64,000 bases of DNA from Candidatus Micrarchaeia archaeon (GTDB taxonomy: Archaea > Micrarchaeota > Micrarchaeia > Burarchaeales > JACRGF01), in assembly GCA_038890815.1 (NCBI GenBank), contig JAWAFC010000003.1, positions 575 to 64,574 of the forward strand. Reading direction: 5' to 3'. Made by a program: the position numbers and the translations under genes. Below are positions 1 through 8,860 of the stretch, one piece after another. Every line of letters begins with the position of its first letter. The stretch's first letter is position 1. Below the pieces are notes generated by a model. That model made no database searches. It saw only the letters and a program-made list of their open reading frames with translations, and was not told the origin of the DNA.

Positions 1-2345
1 ATTGGGCGCCCTTGTTTCCCTATCGAGGGCGTACCGCCCCAGCCAAACTATCCATCTGCTGCTGTCCTTGTGACAGTTAGACACAATGCAGCCTTTGAGT
101 GGTGTTACACTTTCGCCTATCCGCAACCCGAAAGCTGCGGCATCAACGGCTCCCACTTACGCTCCGCAAAGGCAACATTGCATCAACAGCAGACTATAGT
201 AAAGCTCCACGGGGTCTTCGTTTCCCCCTAGGAGTCCTCGGCATCTTCACCGAGCAGTAAGTTCACCAGGTCCCGGGTAGGGACAGTGGGACGCTCGTTA
301 CGCCCTTCATGCAAGTCACCAATTAAGCGACGAGGTATTACGCTACCTCAAGAGGGTCAGAGTTACCCCCGCTCTTTGCCGGCGCTTCGCTCCCTTGGAA
401 GGGAGTTTGACGTACCGGTAGTGAGCAGGCGTCGCCCCCCATACTAGGCCTTTCGACTTAGCGGGGAGCTGTGTTTTTGGTAAACAGTCGGCGTCCCCTT
501 GTCACTGCGACCTGCAGTTGCACCTTGCGGCACAACCGCAGGCAAGGCTTCTCCCGAAGTTACGCCTCCAACTTGCCGAATTCCCTTACCCGAGTTCCCC
601 TGCCACGCCTTGGCTTTTTCTGCCAGGGGCACCTGTACTGGTTCTAGGTACGGGCTCGCGGGATCGTTCCCGGCTCTCTTTTCACGGGCTCAGGGGATTG
701 ACGGAACCTCCTTTCGAAGGCCTTCCTGCAGTTGAACAGCTTCTCCTCATAACGAGCCTCCGCTGTGCTGCTGCAGTTAAATGGGCTCTCGCCCACTCCG
801 CCTACCCCCAAGCGTCAAGAGCCGGGCATGTGTTGCCACGCCTACCCGCGAGGCACAGGAATTTTAACCTGTTTCCCTTTCGTCTCCGAGTAATTGGCTG
901 GAGACTTAGGACCGGCTTACTCTTGGCTGACGAACGTTGCCAAGAAACCCGTGCCCTATCCGGCGTTCAGGATTCTCACCTGAATTCGCTGCTACTAATA
1001 CCAGGATATTCATTCCACGCCGCTCCACGGGACCTCACGGCCCCGCTTCTGCGCAGCGCGGACGCCCTCCTACCAGATGACGAGCACAGCTCGTCCTCCG
1101 GGGTCTCGGCGGCTGGCTTAGCCCCGTACATCTTCGGAGCGTGCGTTCTCGGCTGGTCCGCTATTACGCGTTGTTTAAAGGATGGCTGCTTCTAAGCCTA
1201 CCTCCCAGCTGTCTGGGAACGGGCGCTCCTTGTGGATTAGCACTTAGCCAGCTCTTAGGGGCCTTAACCTCGGTCTCGGTCGTTCCCGTCCCGGCCCGCT
1301 AGCTTACCCAGCGGAGCCCTACTCCTGCCTTCTACGGCGCGCACAGATTCGGAGTTTGAGAGGATGGCGGTCCCTTTCGGAACCATTCCACCCAATCAGT
1401 GCTCTACCCCGTGCGCTGCCTCTGGCAGAGCCATCCTGAGGGATGCTTCGGAGGGGACCCGCTATCGCCAAGTTCGATTGGACTTTCACCCCTAAACGTG
1501 GGTCACCCGAGCGGATATACCAGCACCGGTTGCGGGCCTCCACCATCCGGAAGGACGGCTTCGCCCTGCCCACGCTTAGATCACATTGGCTTCGGGTCTC
1601 CAGGAAGTGACTGGCCGCGCTTTCGCACGGCGCCCCTCGCGCTTGCGCGCTGCGGGCTATCGCTTTCGCTACGGCTTTCGCCTCGCCACTTCCAGGAACT
1701 CCCTGGCTCTTGCTTCAAGAAGAACGACGCAACACTGGTTGGTGCGCATCGCTCCCACGCTCTCGCGAGGTTGCTTTTGCGCACGGCATTCCTTTCGCGC
1801 TGCGTCGAACTGTCGCCATCCAGTTTCGGGCTCTTTTAACTCCCCTCCCGGGGTGCTTTTCAGCTTTCGCTCGCGCTACTTGTGCGCTATCGGTCTCGGG
1901 TTATATTTAGGGTTGGAGGTTGCTCCCCCCATTTTCGCGCCCAAAACTCGATGGACGCTACTCTGCGCGCGCCCTCTCCCCTCTCCCTGCCTACGAGGCT
2001 ATCACTCTGTATCGCGGGGCTTTCCAGCCCACTTCGACAGAGTTTGGGGAATGAGTTGGCGCGCACCACATCTTACCCCCGGTTGCCCGGAGGAATTCGG
2101 TTTGCCCTGTGCGGCTTTCAATCGCCTTTACTCACCGCATCCCAATTGGTTTCTTCTCCTGCGGGTACTAAGATGTTTCAATTCCCCGCGTAGCTGCGTG
2201 TTCCCACGCAATCGGCAATCCCGGGTTCAAAGGCTGCATGCGCCTACCCCGGGCTTATCGCAGCTTGCCACGGCCTTAGGCTACCCGAGCCAAGCCGTCC
2301 ACTGGATGGCTTAATCGCTCGTGTGTAGATGCCTTTGGTTGTCCC
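1..2345 (-). rRNA. 23S rRNA, partial (5' ~2.3 kb; 3' end lies beyond the window start)
   Basis: The reverse complement carries conserved 23S blocks. GGAAACGAAGACCCCGTGGAGCTTTACTATAG (E. coli ~2060-2090 region) lies at ~170-200. The 5'-domain block GCCGTGGCAAGCTGCGATAAGCC lies near 2290-2330. The six-frame ORFs inside this region are spurious. Confidence 0.88.
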
Positions 2346-2489
2346 TTCATCCACATGCGGGTTTCGTCATAGCCCCTAAGGGCTGGAAACGTCATCCCGT
2401 TCCCGGTTTCCCGGGACGCGGTCTTTCGCGAATTGTGCAGCATGAACTCCCGCGCCACAACCGGCGGGGAGGAATCCCTGATTCAGGAA

Positions 2490-2632
2490 TGGACCTGGCG
2501 AGAGTCTCGCGCCACGCGCCTGCAACCGGGCGCGCGGTTCGGTTCGAACTCGCGGCCTCCTCGTTGCAAACGAGGCGCTCTCTCATGGAAGCTTCCGCAT
2601 CGCGGAAAGCCCTACCATTGAGCTACAGGCCC
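2490..2632 (-). tRNA. tRNA-Ala(UGC) in the 16S-23S spacer, interrupted by two non-canonical introns (~31 nt in the D-loop; ~39 nt after the T-loop at ~59/60)
   Basis: Read on the minus strand and after removing two inserts, every stem pairs perfectly. The elements are acceptor GGGCCTG/CAGGTCC with G3-U70, D-stem GCTC/GAGC, anticodon stem CCTCG/CGAGG with loop TTTGCAA (anticodon TGC), T-stem GCGAG/CTCGC with T-loop TTCGAAC, and discriminator A. Confidence 0.7.
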
Positions 2633-3053
2633 ATGCTTCAAGGAACGAGAGACTTTTGCAGGAGCGTCCGCGAGCGCCTTGCACATCGTGACTCTTCCAA
2701 ATGGAAGAGTCAAAGGAGGTGATCTATCCGCAGGTTCCCCTACGGATACCTTGTTACGACTTAGCCCTCCTCACGAAACTCCGGCTCGACACTGGCAATA
2801 ACCAGCGCCTCATCGGAGCCTCGCTTGGATGACTTGACGGGCGGTGTGTGCAAGGAGCGGGGACGTATTCGCCGCTCGATGTTGACAAGCGACTACTAGG
2901 GATTCCAGCTTCATGAGGGCGGGTTTCAGCCCTCAATCCGAACTTAGGCCGAGTTTCCCCCCCATTTCCAGTTAGAAAATGGGTTTAGGGGATTAGCTTC
3001 GCCTCTCGGCGTCGCAACCCATTGTCTCGGCCATTGTATGCCACGTGTGGCCT

Positions 3054-3084
<31 letters not shown>

Positions 3085-3131
3085 CCCACTCCTTCCTCGG
3101 TTTTAACAACCGCGGTCCCCACAGAGTGCCC

Positions 3132-3671
3132 TCACCCCGGAGGATGAGGTAGCAACTGTGGGCGTGGGTCTCGCTCGTTTCCGGGCCACAGAGCCTTACA
3201 GACAGAATGTCTGCAAAAAGGAAGGATGAAAGATGCAAACGCGCGCGATGGCCAAACGAACAGTCTGCGCCTCACGCGCCGAGTTCTGAAACCGAGGCGA
3301 TTCAGCAGAAATTCATCCTCGCTGTCCGCGCGCGTCAGAAAGGGGAGGCCCTTCTCCGCGCCGCCACAGGCATCAAACCAGCCCGCGATGTATGCGGCAC
3401 TCTTGGCATTTTTCCTCGAAAATAGCCGCAGCCTCTCCCGCTCGCACTCCTGGAAGAATGCGCGTAGCCTGCTGTGATAGAAGAAAACCTTCTGCCCGCG
3501 GAGCTGTAGCCTGTCGGCAGTGGTGAGCTTCTGCGCGAGAACCTCGCGGATGAAGATCTCCGCTAGCTCGCCGCGTGCGGCAATGCCGACTCCCTCTGAA
3601 GTTGCTCTGGCCTTCCACATTCCAAGGATGTGGGCAAGAGCTGGGCTGAGCCTGAGCTTCATGCGCCTCAT
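3132..3671 (-). CDS. LAGLIDADG-family homing endonuclease (intron-encoded; the reading frame continues 16 codons into the downstream 16S exon)
   Basis: A 179-aa ORF with the motif AAYIAGWFDACGG near residue 92 and a degenerate first motif (HILGMWKARATSEGVG) near residue 15. The size and two-motif layout resemble I-DmoI and I-PorI type enzymes. Confidence 0.6.
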   Translation of the reverse strand: MRRMKLRLSPALAHILGMWKARATSEGVGIAARGELAEIFIREVLAQKLTTADRLQLRGQKVFFYHSRLRAFFQECERERLRLFSRKNAKSAAYIAGWFDACGGAEKGLPFLTRADSEDEFLLNRLGFRTRRVRRRLFVWPSRAFASFILPFCRHSVCKALWPGNERDPRPQLLPHPPG

Positions 3672-3704
3672 TCCTCATTTATTAATAATAGGGCTCTGCG
3701 GCTT
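3181..3704 (-). mobile_element. Archaeal rRNA intron inside 16S (between GTTAAGTCCGGT and AACGAGCGAGACCC, E. coli ~1090-1100), carrying a homing endonuclease ORF
   Basis: About 520 nt interrupt two conserved 16S blocks that are normally contiguous. The intron is AT-richer than the flanking rRNA and contains a LAGLIDADG ORF on the same strand. Confidence 0.75.
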
Positions 3705-3851
3705 ACCGGACTTAACCGGACAGTTCACACCACGAGCTGACGATGGCCATGCACCACCTCTCGGCTCGTCTGGCAAGGTCTTCAGCCTGGCCTTCATACT
3801 GCCGTCGCTCCCAGTAATGTTCCCGGCGTTGAATCCAATTGAACCGCAGCA

Positions 3852-3895
<44 letters not shown>

Positions 3896-4078
3896 CCTTG
3901 CGGCCGTACTCCCCAGGTGGCAGACTTAACACTTACGCTACGGCACTGCACCGGCTCTAAGCCGGTGCAACACCTCAGTCTGCATCATTTACTGCTAGGG
4001 CTACTCGGGTATCTAATCCGATTCGTTCTCCTAGCCTTCGTCCCTCACTGTCGGACGCGTTTTGGTCGAGCGCCTTTT

Positions 4079-4128
4079 GTGGAACCTTTTTTCGTCAACG
4101 TTTTTTCGTATCGACGAAAAAAGGTTGC
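4079..4128 (-). other. AT-rich ~50-nt palindromic hairpin insertion in 16S between CCAGTGGCG and AAGGCG (E. coli ~720; h22/h23 region); possible mini-intron or expansion segment
   Basis: The 16S-sense sequence CAACCTTTTTTCGTCGATACGAAAAAACGTTGACGAAAAAAGGTTCCACA has 14-bp inverted repeats (AACCTTTTTTCGTC / GACGAAAAAAGGTT). It also has a 3-nt bulge (CGC) four bp from the helix base. The equivalent archaeal 16S region normally has no insertion. Confidence 0.5.
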
Positions 4129-5107
4129 GCCACTGGTGGTCCTCACAGGATTAACGGATTTTACCCCTACCCCGTGAGTACCCTCGACCTCCCCCGCTCC
4201 CAAGCCTGCCAGTATTCCCTGCGCGCGCTGAGGTTAAGCCCCAGCATTTCACAGGGAACTTAACAGGCCAGCTACGGACTCTTTAAACCCAATATTCGTG
4301 GGCACCACTTGTGTTGCCGGTATTACCGCGGCGGCTGGCACCGGTCTTACCCAACACTTATTCAGCGAGTTGTTTGGACTCGCTAAAAGCCGAGCGCGTA
4401 GCCCGGCACTCCGAGTTCCCTCGTCACGCTTGCGCGCATTGCGAAGGTTTCGCGCCTGCTGCATCCCGTAGGACTAGGGCCCTTGGACCGGGCTGACCAC
4501 CTGCGAAGCTGGTCATCCCGTTTGTCTCAGTGCCCTTCTCGGGGCTCCAACTCCCATTGCCCCCACCGATTATCGGCTTGGTGAGCCGTTACCTCACCAA
4601 CAACCTAATCGGCCGCAGTCTCATCCTGGGGCGGACGCGCTCCAATTCGCGCGCCTTTTGAGTCGCGGGGGAGTTCCACCTCCCGCGGCCTGCCGGGGGT
4701 TAGCCACACTTTCGCGTGGTTATCCCCGTCCCCAGGGTAGATTGACTACGTGTTACTGAGCCGTACGCCGCCCGCCCAAGTGGGCGAGCAGACTTGCATG
4801 GCTTAGTCGAACTCGGATAGCAGTGCCCTCCAGCGGGATCAACTGGAGTTTGGACTGCCGTTCTGACAGTCCGCACACGCAGGAGTACCACCGCTTAGCG
4901 GTGGAAGCACTCACGATGCTCCTCTTGCCGTCTCTCGCCATTCCTTGAAGCCCAAGTCCAACCCGAATTACCTCGGGTTGCCATCGCGAAACCGAGCCGC
5001 TCGAAGGTGTACGCTGCAGTGGAAGGCAAACTTCATCGCCGCGAACTTAGAATTCGCGCTTCATCCAGCCGGGACTGCAGCCTCTCGGTAAGCTCGATTT
5101 TTGAGCA

Positions 5108-5124
5108 AACTTATTTAAATATGT
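5108..5124 (-). promoter_or_regulatory. Putative TATA box of the rRNA operon promoter (ATATTTAAATAA on the minus strand)
   Basis: An AT-rich TATA-like motif ~260 nt upstream of the 16S 5' end, in the only intergenic gap between ORF-A and the rRNA. Confidence 0.3.
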
Positions 5125-5153
5125 TTCGGCGGATGACGAATTGCCCCAGGCCT

Positions 5154-8100
5154 TCAACTCTGTGGAGAGGGGGAGCTACTCTCCTGCAGTTGTTTCATTC
5201 CCTCTATTATCTCATCAATATCATCTTTAATTACACCTATGCGTCTCAATGTTATTTCCTTGTCAGACCTCGAGCTGTCTGCAATATCATTTTTTATCAC
5301 ATCGGCTGTTGAGGAAAGCATTTCGAGAGCTTTAATATGTACTTTGATTTGCTCCTTGAGATCCCCTGGAAGCTGCACATGGGCGAAATAAGCATTCCTG
5401 TAGTTAGCCAGAAGTTTATCGAGCCCTTCCTCTTTTCCGCTGACTGTTTTCATTGCCTCTACTCCCGCATCGGCTGACCCGAAACCGGCCAGCACTTTTT
5501 CTTCCAGGCTCCGCAGCTCGCCCGTTATCCGCTCCTCTGATGCGCTGTCATGCGCTGCCTTAAACAGCGCTTCCCGCTGCTCCTCTGTGGACAGCACGCC
5601 GAGTGAGAAGAGCTTTCCGCCAAGCACATAGGCGCTCGCATCGTTACTATCCATGAAATCCCGCTGGTTGGCCTCCCAGCCTCCCAATGATGAGCGTGCC
5701 AGGTTTGCCTGGTTCTGAAGCAATGCAATCTTTCCCTCGAGTTCATTCAGCTCTTCCTTCACGGCATTCAGCCTTCTCACTTTTTCCTTGTACGCAAGAT
5801 AGTCCTCGGGCAGAGAAATCTCGTATTTAAATTTATCCTCGTATTTACCGCCGTATTTCTCGATGAGCTTTCTCTCGGCCTCCTCAATTTCATGCTCGTA
5901 TTTTTGTATGAGATCCTTCAACTTGTTTATCCGACCGCTTGTTTCATCAACTTTCTCGTCCAACTCCTTCCACTCCTTGTAACTCTTTTCTATGGCCGTG
6001 CCATTCTTTTTGAAGAGAAAGTCGCCTATCTCAATCGCGGCTTGGAGATACGGCATGCCTGAGATGGCTGATGGTAATGCGCTGGCGCGCTCAAATGCAT
6101 CTTTTTTGGCTTCGAGATTTTCTTGTGCATTGACTAACTCTAAATTGGCTTTTGCCGCGGCCTCCATAGATAAGGCGAGCTCATTGAATTTCTTTATTTC
6201 AGGAGGGGGCGACTCGCCCTCGAATATTATGGTGCCGTCGGCATTGTATTGAAGTTTTATGTTATTTTTTATAGCATAGTCGACAACGTCCGCGTACGCA
6301 TTCTCGAAGGCCTCGCGCTCTTTTTTTGAAAGTATTGCCAGCTGTTTTTCATAGTTTTTCTCTGCGGCATCCAGCCTGTCGCGCGCCAGCCTGTACTCCG
6401 CCTCTGCTTTCACAAGATCCAACGCCTCACCAATACCCTTAGCGGCATTCAGCTTCTCCAAGCCGCTTTTGACGGCTTCTTTGTTGTTATTATAGTCGGA
6501 GACGAGAGCGTTTGCCTTTTCTACAACATCTTTTGGCACTTCGGCGAGCTTTATGCTACCATCTTCGAAGCTCACCTGAAAGCCGTGCTTCGCCGCGAGC
6601 TCGAACAGCTGCTCTCGCGCGCTGGACATTTTTGAATAAGCATCCTTGATATCGGCCATGAGCCGGTTAGCATCTTCCTCGGCTTCACGCGTAAGTTTGG
6701 CGTTCCAGAAGTTGTCATTGAAAGTTTCGCACAACGCGAGGACTTCGTCCTGCTCGCGTTTCATCACATTTTTTTCTTTCATGTCCTTTTCCAAAGCCTC
6801 GCGATCAATATGGCCAGCAAGGGGACCCTCTGTGATGAATTTCAGCGAAATGCCGAGTTTTTTTGCAAGCTTTTCCAGCTTTTCTTTCGCTTCATCAGCC
6901 TTTTTCTGATACTCTTTGCTTCCCGGCTGTTCCTTTATTGTGCGCTCGAGCCGAGCAAATACAATGGCCTCTTCCAGCGCCGGAATGCGTGGGTCGTCTG
7001 GATTTTCCGCTCTGAGCCTGTTGAGCTCTGCTTCCATCTTATCCAATTTCGAGGTGATAGCATCGTTCAACCCTGCCATAAAGCTGCCCGTGGCAGGAGC
7101 AATCCCGCTGTCCCTCATACCCGTGTGCATGAGCAGCTGCGCCCTGCCGAGTTTGAGGAGTACTAACGATTGGTTTATCGCGCTCAATCCGTAGGCAAGA
7201 GCGTGAAGCCACAGCGGCCCGGCCGCTTTCTCCTTCGCAAACTCAGCATACTTGGCCTCCCACGTATCAAGTGTTTTAACTATCCAGCCTGCTGCCGGGC
7301 CTACTATCGGGATTTTCCTGGCAACCTCGGCACGTGTGAGCGGGCCACGGGCACCCCTTACGAGTCTCACCCTACCTGTGATAGCACCAGCAAGGTATGC
7401 AGGATTAGTATAAAGTGCGGCATAACGCACAGCCTTGCGCGAGTACTTCGCCGTCTGCTCAACTGCCACCATCCCCCATCCAAACGGGGTGTATTTGGCG
7501 AACCAGGTGTATTTGCCCTTTTCGTCGCGCAGCATTCTGGCAAACTGTCCACGGAGCTTCCCAAACGGTTTGCCTTGATACGAGGACCATCTGCCCGACA
7601 ACATCAGCATCAGCGGACTGAATTTTTTCCCTATGGCCTCTTGCTCTTGCTGGAAAAGTTGCTCCCTTTGCTTAATTGCTACATCAAGCTGCTTCTTGAG
7701 CGTAATGACTTCTTGTGTGTTCTTTGCATTCTTTATCTTAGTTTTCAGCTCTTTTATCGTGTTATTCAATTCCCTTCCTCTCTCGCTTCTGTTCACCCTT
7801 GCGGCCGCAGCCACCGCTATGCCGGATTGGATGAGTGCTGCGATGGAGGCGGTTGATATCATCATTGCTTGAGGCCCTCTCAGCCGCACCCTCGGGGGCG
7901 ACACGCGCGCGGTGAGGTCGAGCACGCCGAATGGATTGCGCCCGCTGGCGAACATCGCGGCGACCAAAAAGCTGACGATCAGGATGAGGGGGAAGCATTG
8001 GGTGAGGGTGAAGAGCGGCGGGATGCCGCCGGTGAGGCCCGAGGAGGAGTTGCTGGGCTGGAAGAGGTTATCGCCCTTGAAGAATGCGACCACCTCAAAG

Positions 8101-8810
8101 CTCTCGCCCTGCCCGGGCAGTGCGTACGAAACGAAGGCATATCCCTTCTCATCGGTGATCTGGCTTATGGGCGTTTCGCCGGGCAGGCAGCATCCCGTGC
8201 GGCAGCTCAGCTCATCAAGCCCGCACGCTCTCTGGCCCACAAAGCCGCAGTCCTCCACGGGCACATCGACCTCGATCTCGCGTGTCTGGCAGCAGAATGC
8301 GCAGTTTTCAAAGCTTGTGCCGGGCGGGCAGCCGTTTGGATAAGCGCCCTTGAAAGCGCCGCTGGCATTACAGCAGATGGCAGTGGATGGCGGGCAGGGC
8401 GCGCTGCCCGCAGGACATGCGCCGGCTATCTTTTTTATCCAAGGAGTGGCTGAATAGGCATCCTCGCAGCAGCCGACTCCCTTGCTGCACTTGTGCGTGC
8501 CGGCGGGGCATTGAGCCTCGTCTGGGTCGGCATAGCAGCAGCCCGTGAGGTTTGCGCAGAAGCGATAGAGCGTGGGGTCGCCGCACGAGCTCGCGCACCT
8601 CTGAAAATAGATTGTCCTCTGTGGAAGGGGGATGAGCATGCGGCGTACGGCATCGAGCGCGGCCAGGCGCGCCCTCGCCTCGAGCGTGCCCTGCTCCGGG
8701 TTTGTTTTTGTGGTGAGGGTGATGACTGTGGGTGATTTGGGGGCTGGGCAACCTTCCTCCTGCGCCCACGCCACAGAAGCCAACAGGAGGGCGAGCAAGA
8801 GCGCGCGCAT
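5154..8810 (-). CDS. Large membrane-anchored protein: signal peptide, ~270-aa cysteine-rich ectodomain, TM segment(s), and a ~900-aa K/E-rich coiled-coil region
   Basis: A 1218-aa ORF. The N-terminus MRALLLALLLASVAWAQEEG is followed by ~40 Cys in CC/CxC clusters (GCCYADPDEAQCPAGTHKC, AICCNASG, NCAFCCQ, CRTGCCLPGET). The hydrophobic stretches PLFTLTQCFPLILIVSFLVAAMFA and ISTASIAALIQSGIAVAAAA follow. The remainder is heptad-rich (EKLEKLAKKLG and similar). Confidence 0.75.
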   Translation of the reverse strand: MRALLLALLLASVAWAQEEGCPAPKSPTVITLTTKTNPEQGTLEARARLAALDAVRRMLIPLPQRTIYFQRCASSCGDPTLYRFCANLTGCCYADPDEAQCPAGTHKCSKGVGCCEDAYSATPWIKKIAGACPAGSAPCPPSTAICCNASGAFKGAYPNGCPPGTSFENCAFCCQTREIEVDVPVEDCGFVGQRACGLDELSCRTGCCLPGETPISQITDEKGYAFVSYALPGQGESFEVVAFFKGDNLFQPSNSSSGLTGGIPPLFTLTQCFPLILIVSFLVAAMFASGRNPFGVLDLTARVSPPRVRLRGPQAMMISTASIAALIQSGIAVAAAARVNRSERGRELNNTIKELKTKIKNAKNTQEVITLKKQLDVAIKQREQLFQQEQEAIGKKFSPLMLMLSGRWSSYQGKPFGKLRGQFARMLRDEKGKYTWFAKYTPFGWGMVAVEQTAKYSRKAVRYAALYTNPAYLAGAITGRVRLVRGARGPLTRAEVARKIPIVGPAAGWIVKTLDTWEAKYAEFAKEKAAGPLWLHALAYGLSAINQSLVLLKLGRAQLLMHTGMRDSGIAPATGSFMAGLNDAITSKLDKMEAELNRLRAENPDDPRIPALEEAIVFARLERTIKEQPGSKEYQKKADEAKEKLEKLAKKLGISLKFITEGPLAGHIDREALEKDMKEKNVMKREQDEVLALCETFNDNFWNAKLTREAEEDANRLMADIKDAYSKMSSAREQLFELAAKHGFQVSFEDGSIKLAEVPKDVVEKANALVSDYNNNKEAVKSGLEKLNAAKGIGEALDLVKAEAEYRLARDRLDAAEKNYEKQLAILSKKEREAFENAYADVVDYAIKNNIKLQYNADGTIIFEGESPPPEIKKFNELALSMEAAAKANLELVNAQENLEAKKDAFERASALPSAISGMPYLQAAIEIGDFLFKKNGTAIEKSYKEWKELDEKVDETSGRINKLKDLIQKYEHEIEEAERKLIEKYGGKYEDKFKYEISLPEDYLAYKEKVRRLNAVKEELNELEGKIALLQNQANLARSSLGGWEANQRDFMDSNDASAYVLGGKLFSLGVLSTEEQREALFKAAHDSASEERITGELRSLEEKVLAGFGSADAGVEAMKTVSGKEEGLDKLLANYRNAYFAHVQLPGDLKEQIKVHIKALEMLSSTADVIKNDIADSSRSDKEITLRRIGVIKDDIDEIIEGMKQLQESSSPSPQS

Positions 8811-8831
8811 GATGATGAAAAAACGTCCATG

Positions 8832-8841
8832 TTTATAAATA
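8832..8841. promoter_or_regulatory. Shared, near-palindromic TATA box (TTTATAAATA) for two divergent leaderless genes (ORF-A on minus, ORF-B on plus)
   Basis: It sits 22-31 nt upstream of the minus-strand ATG (8810) and 20-29 nt upstream of the plus-strand GTG (8861). The whole intergenic region is only 50 bp. Confidence 0.5.
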
Positions 8842-8860
8842 CCTTTGAAGATGGAATGGC

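Noticed and set aside
518-2314. Long plus-strand ORFs (225, 242, 146 and 103 aa) inside the first 2.3 kb
   Set aside because: They lie entirely within 23S rRNA, whose conserved blocks are readable on the minus strand. Their Arg/Pro/Ser-rich translations are typical of GC-rich non-coding frames.
2521-2640. A plus-strand reading of the spacer anticodon arm as tRNA-Cys(GCA) (loop TTGCAAA)
   Set aside because: No acceptor, D or T stems form on the plus strand. The minus strand gives a complete tRNA-Ala with all four stems perfect after two introns are removed.
5992-7872. Plus-strand ORFs (86-228 aa, Ser/Phe/Leu-rich) inside ORF-A
   Set aside because: They are antisense frames of a K/E-rich coiled-coil gene, since AAG/GAG codons give CTT/CTC on the opposite strand. 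The 1218-aa minus-strand ORF is continuous.
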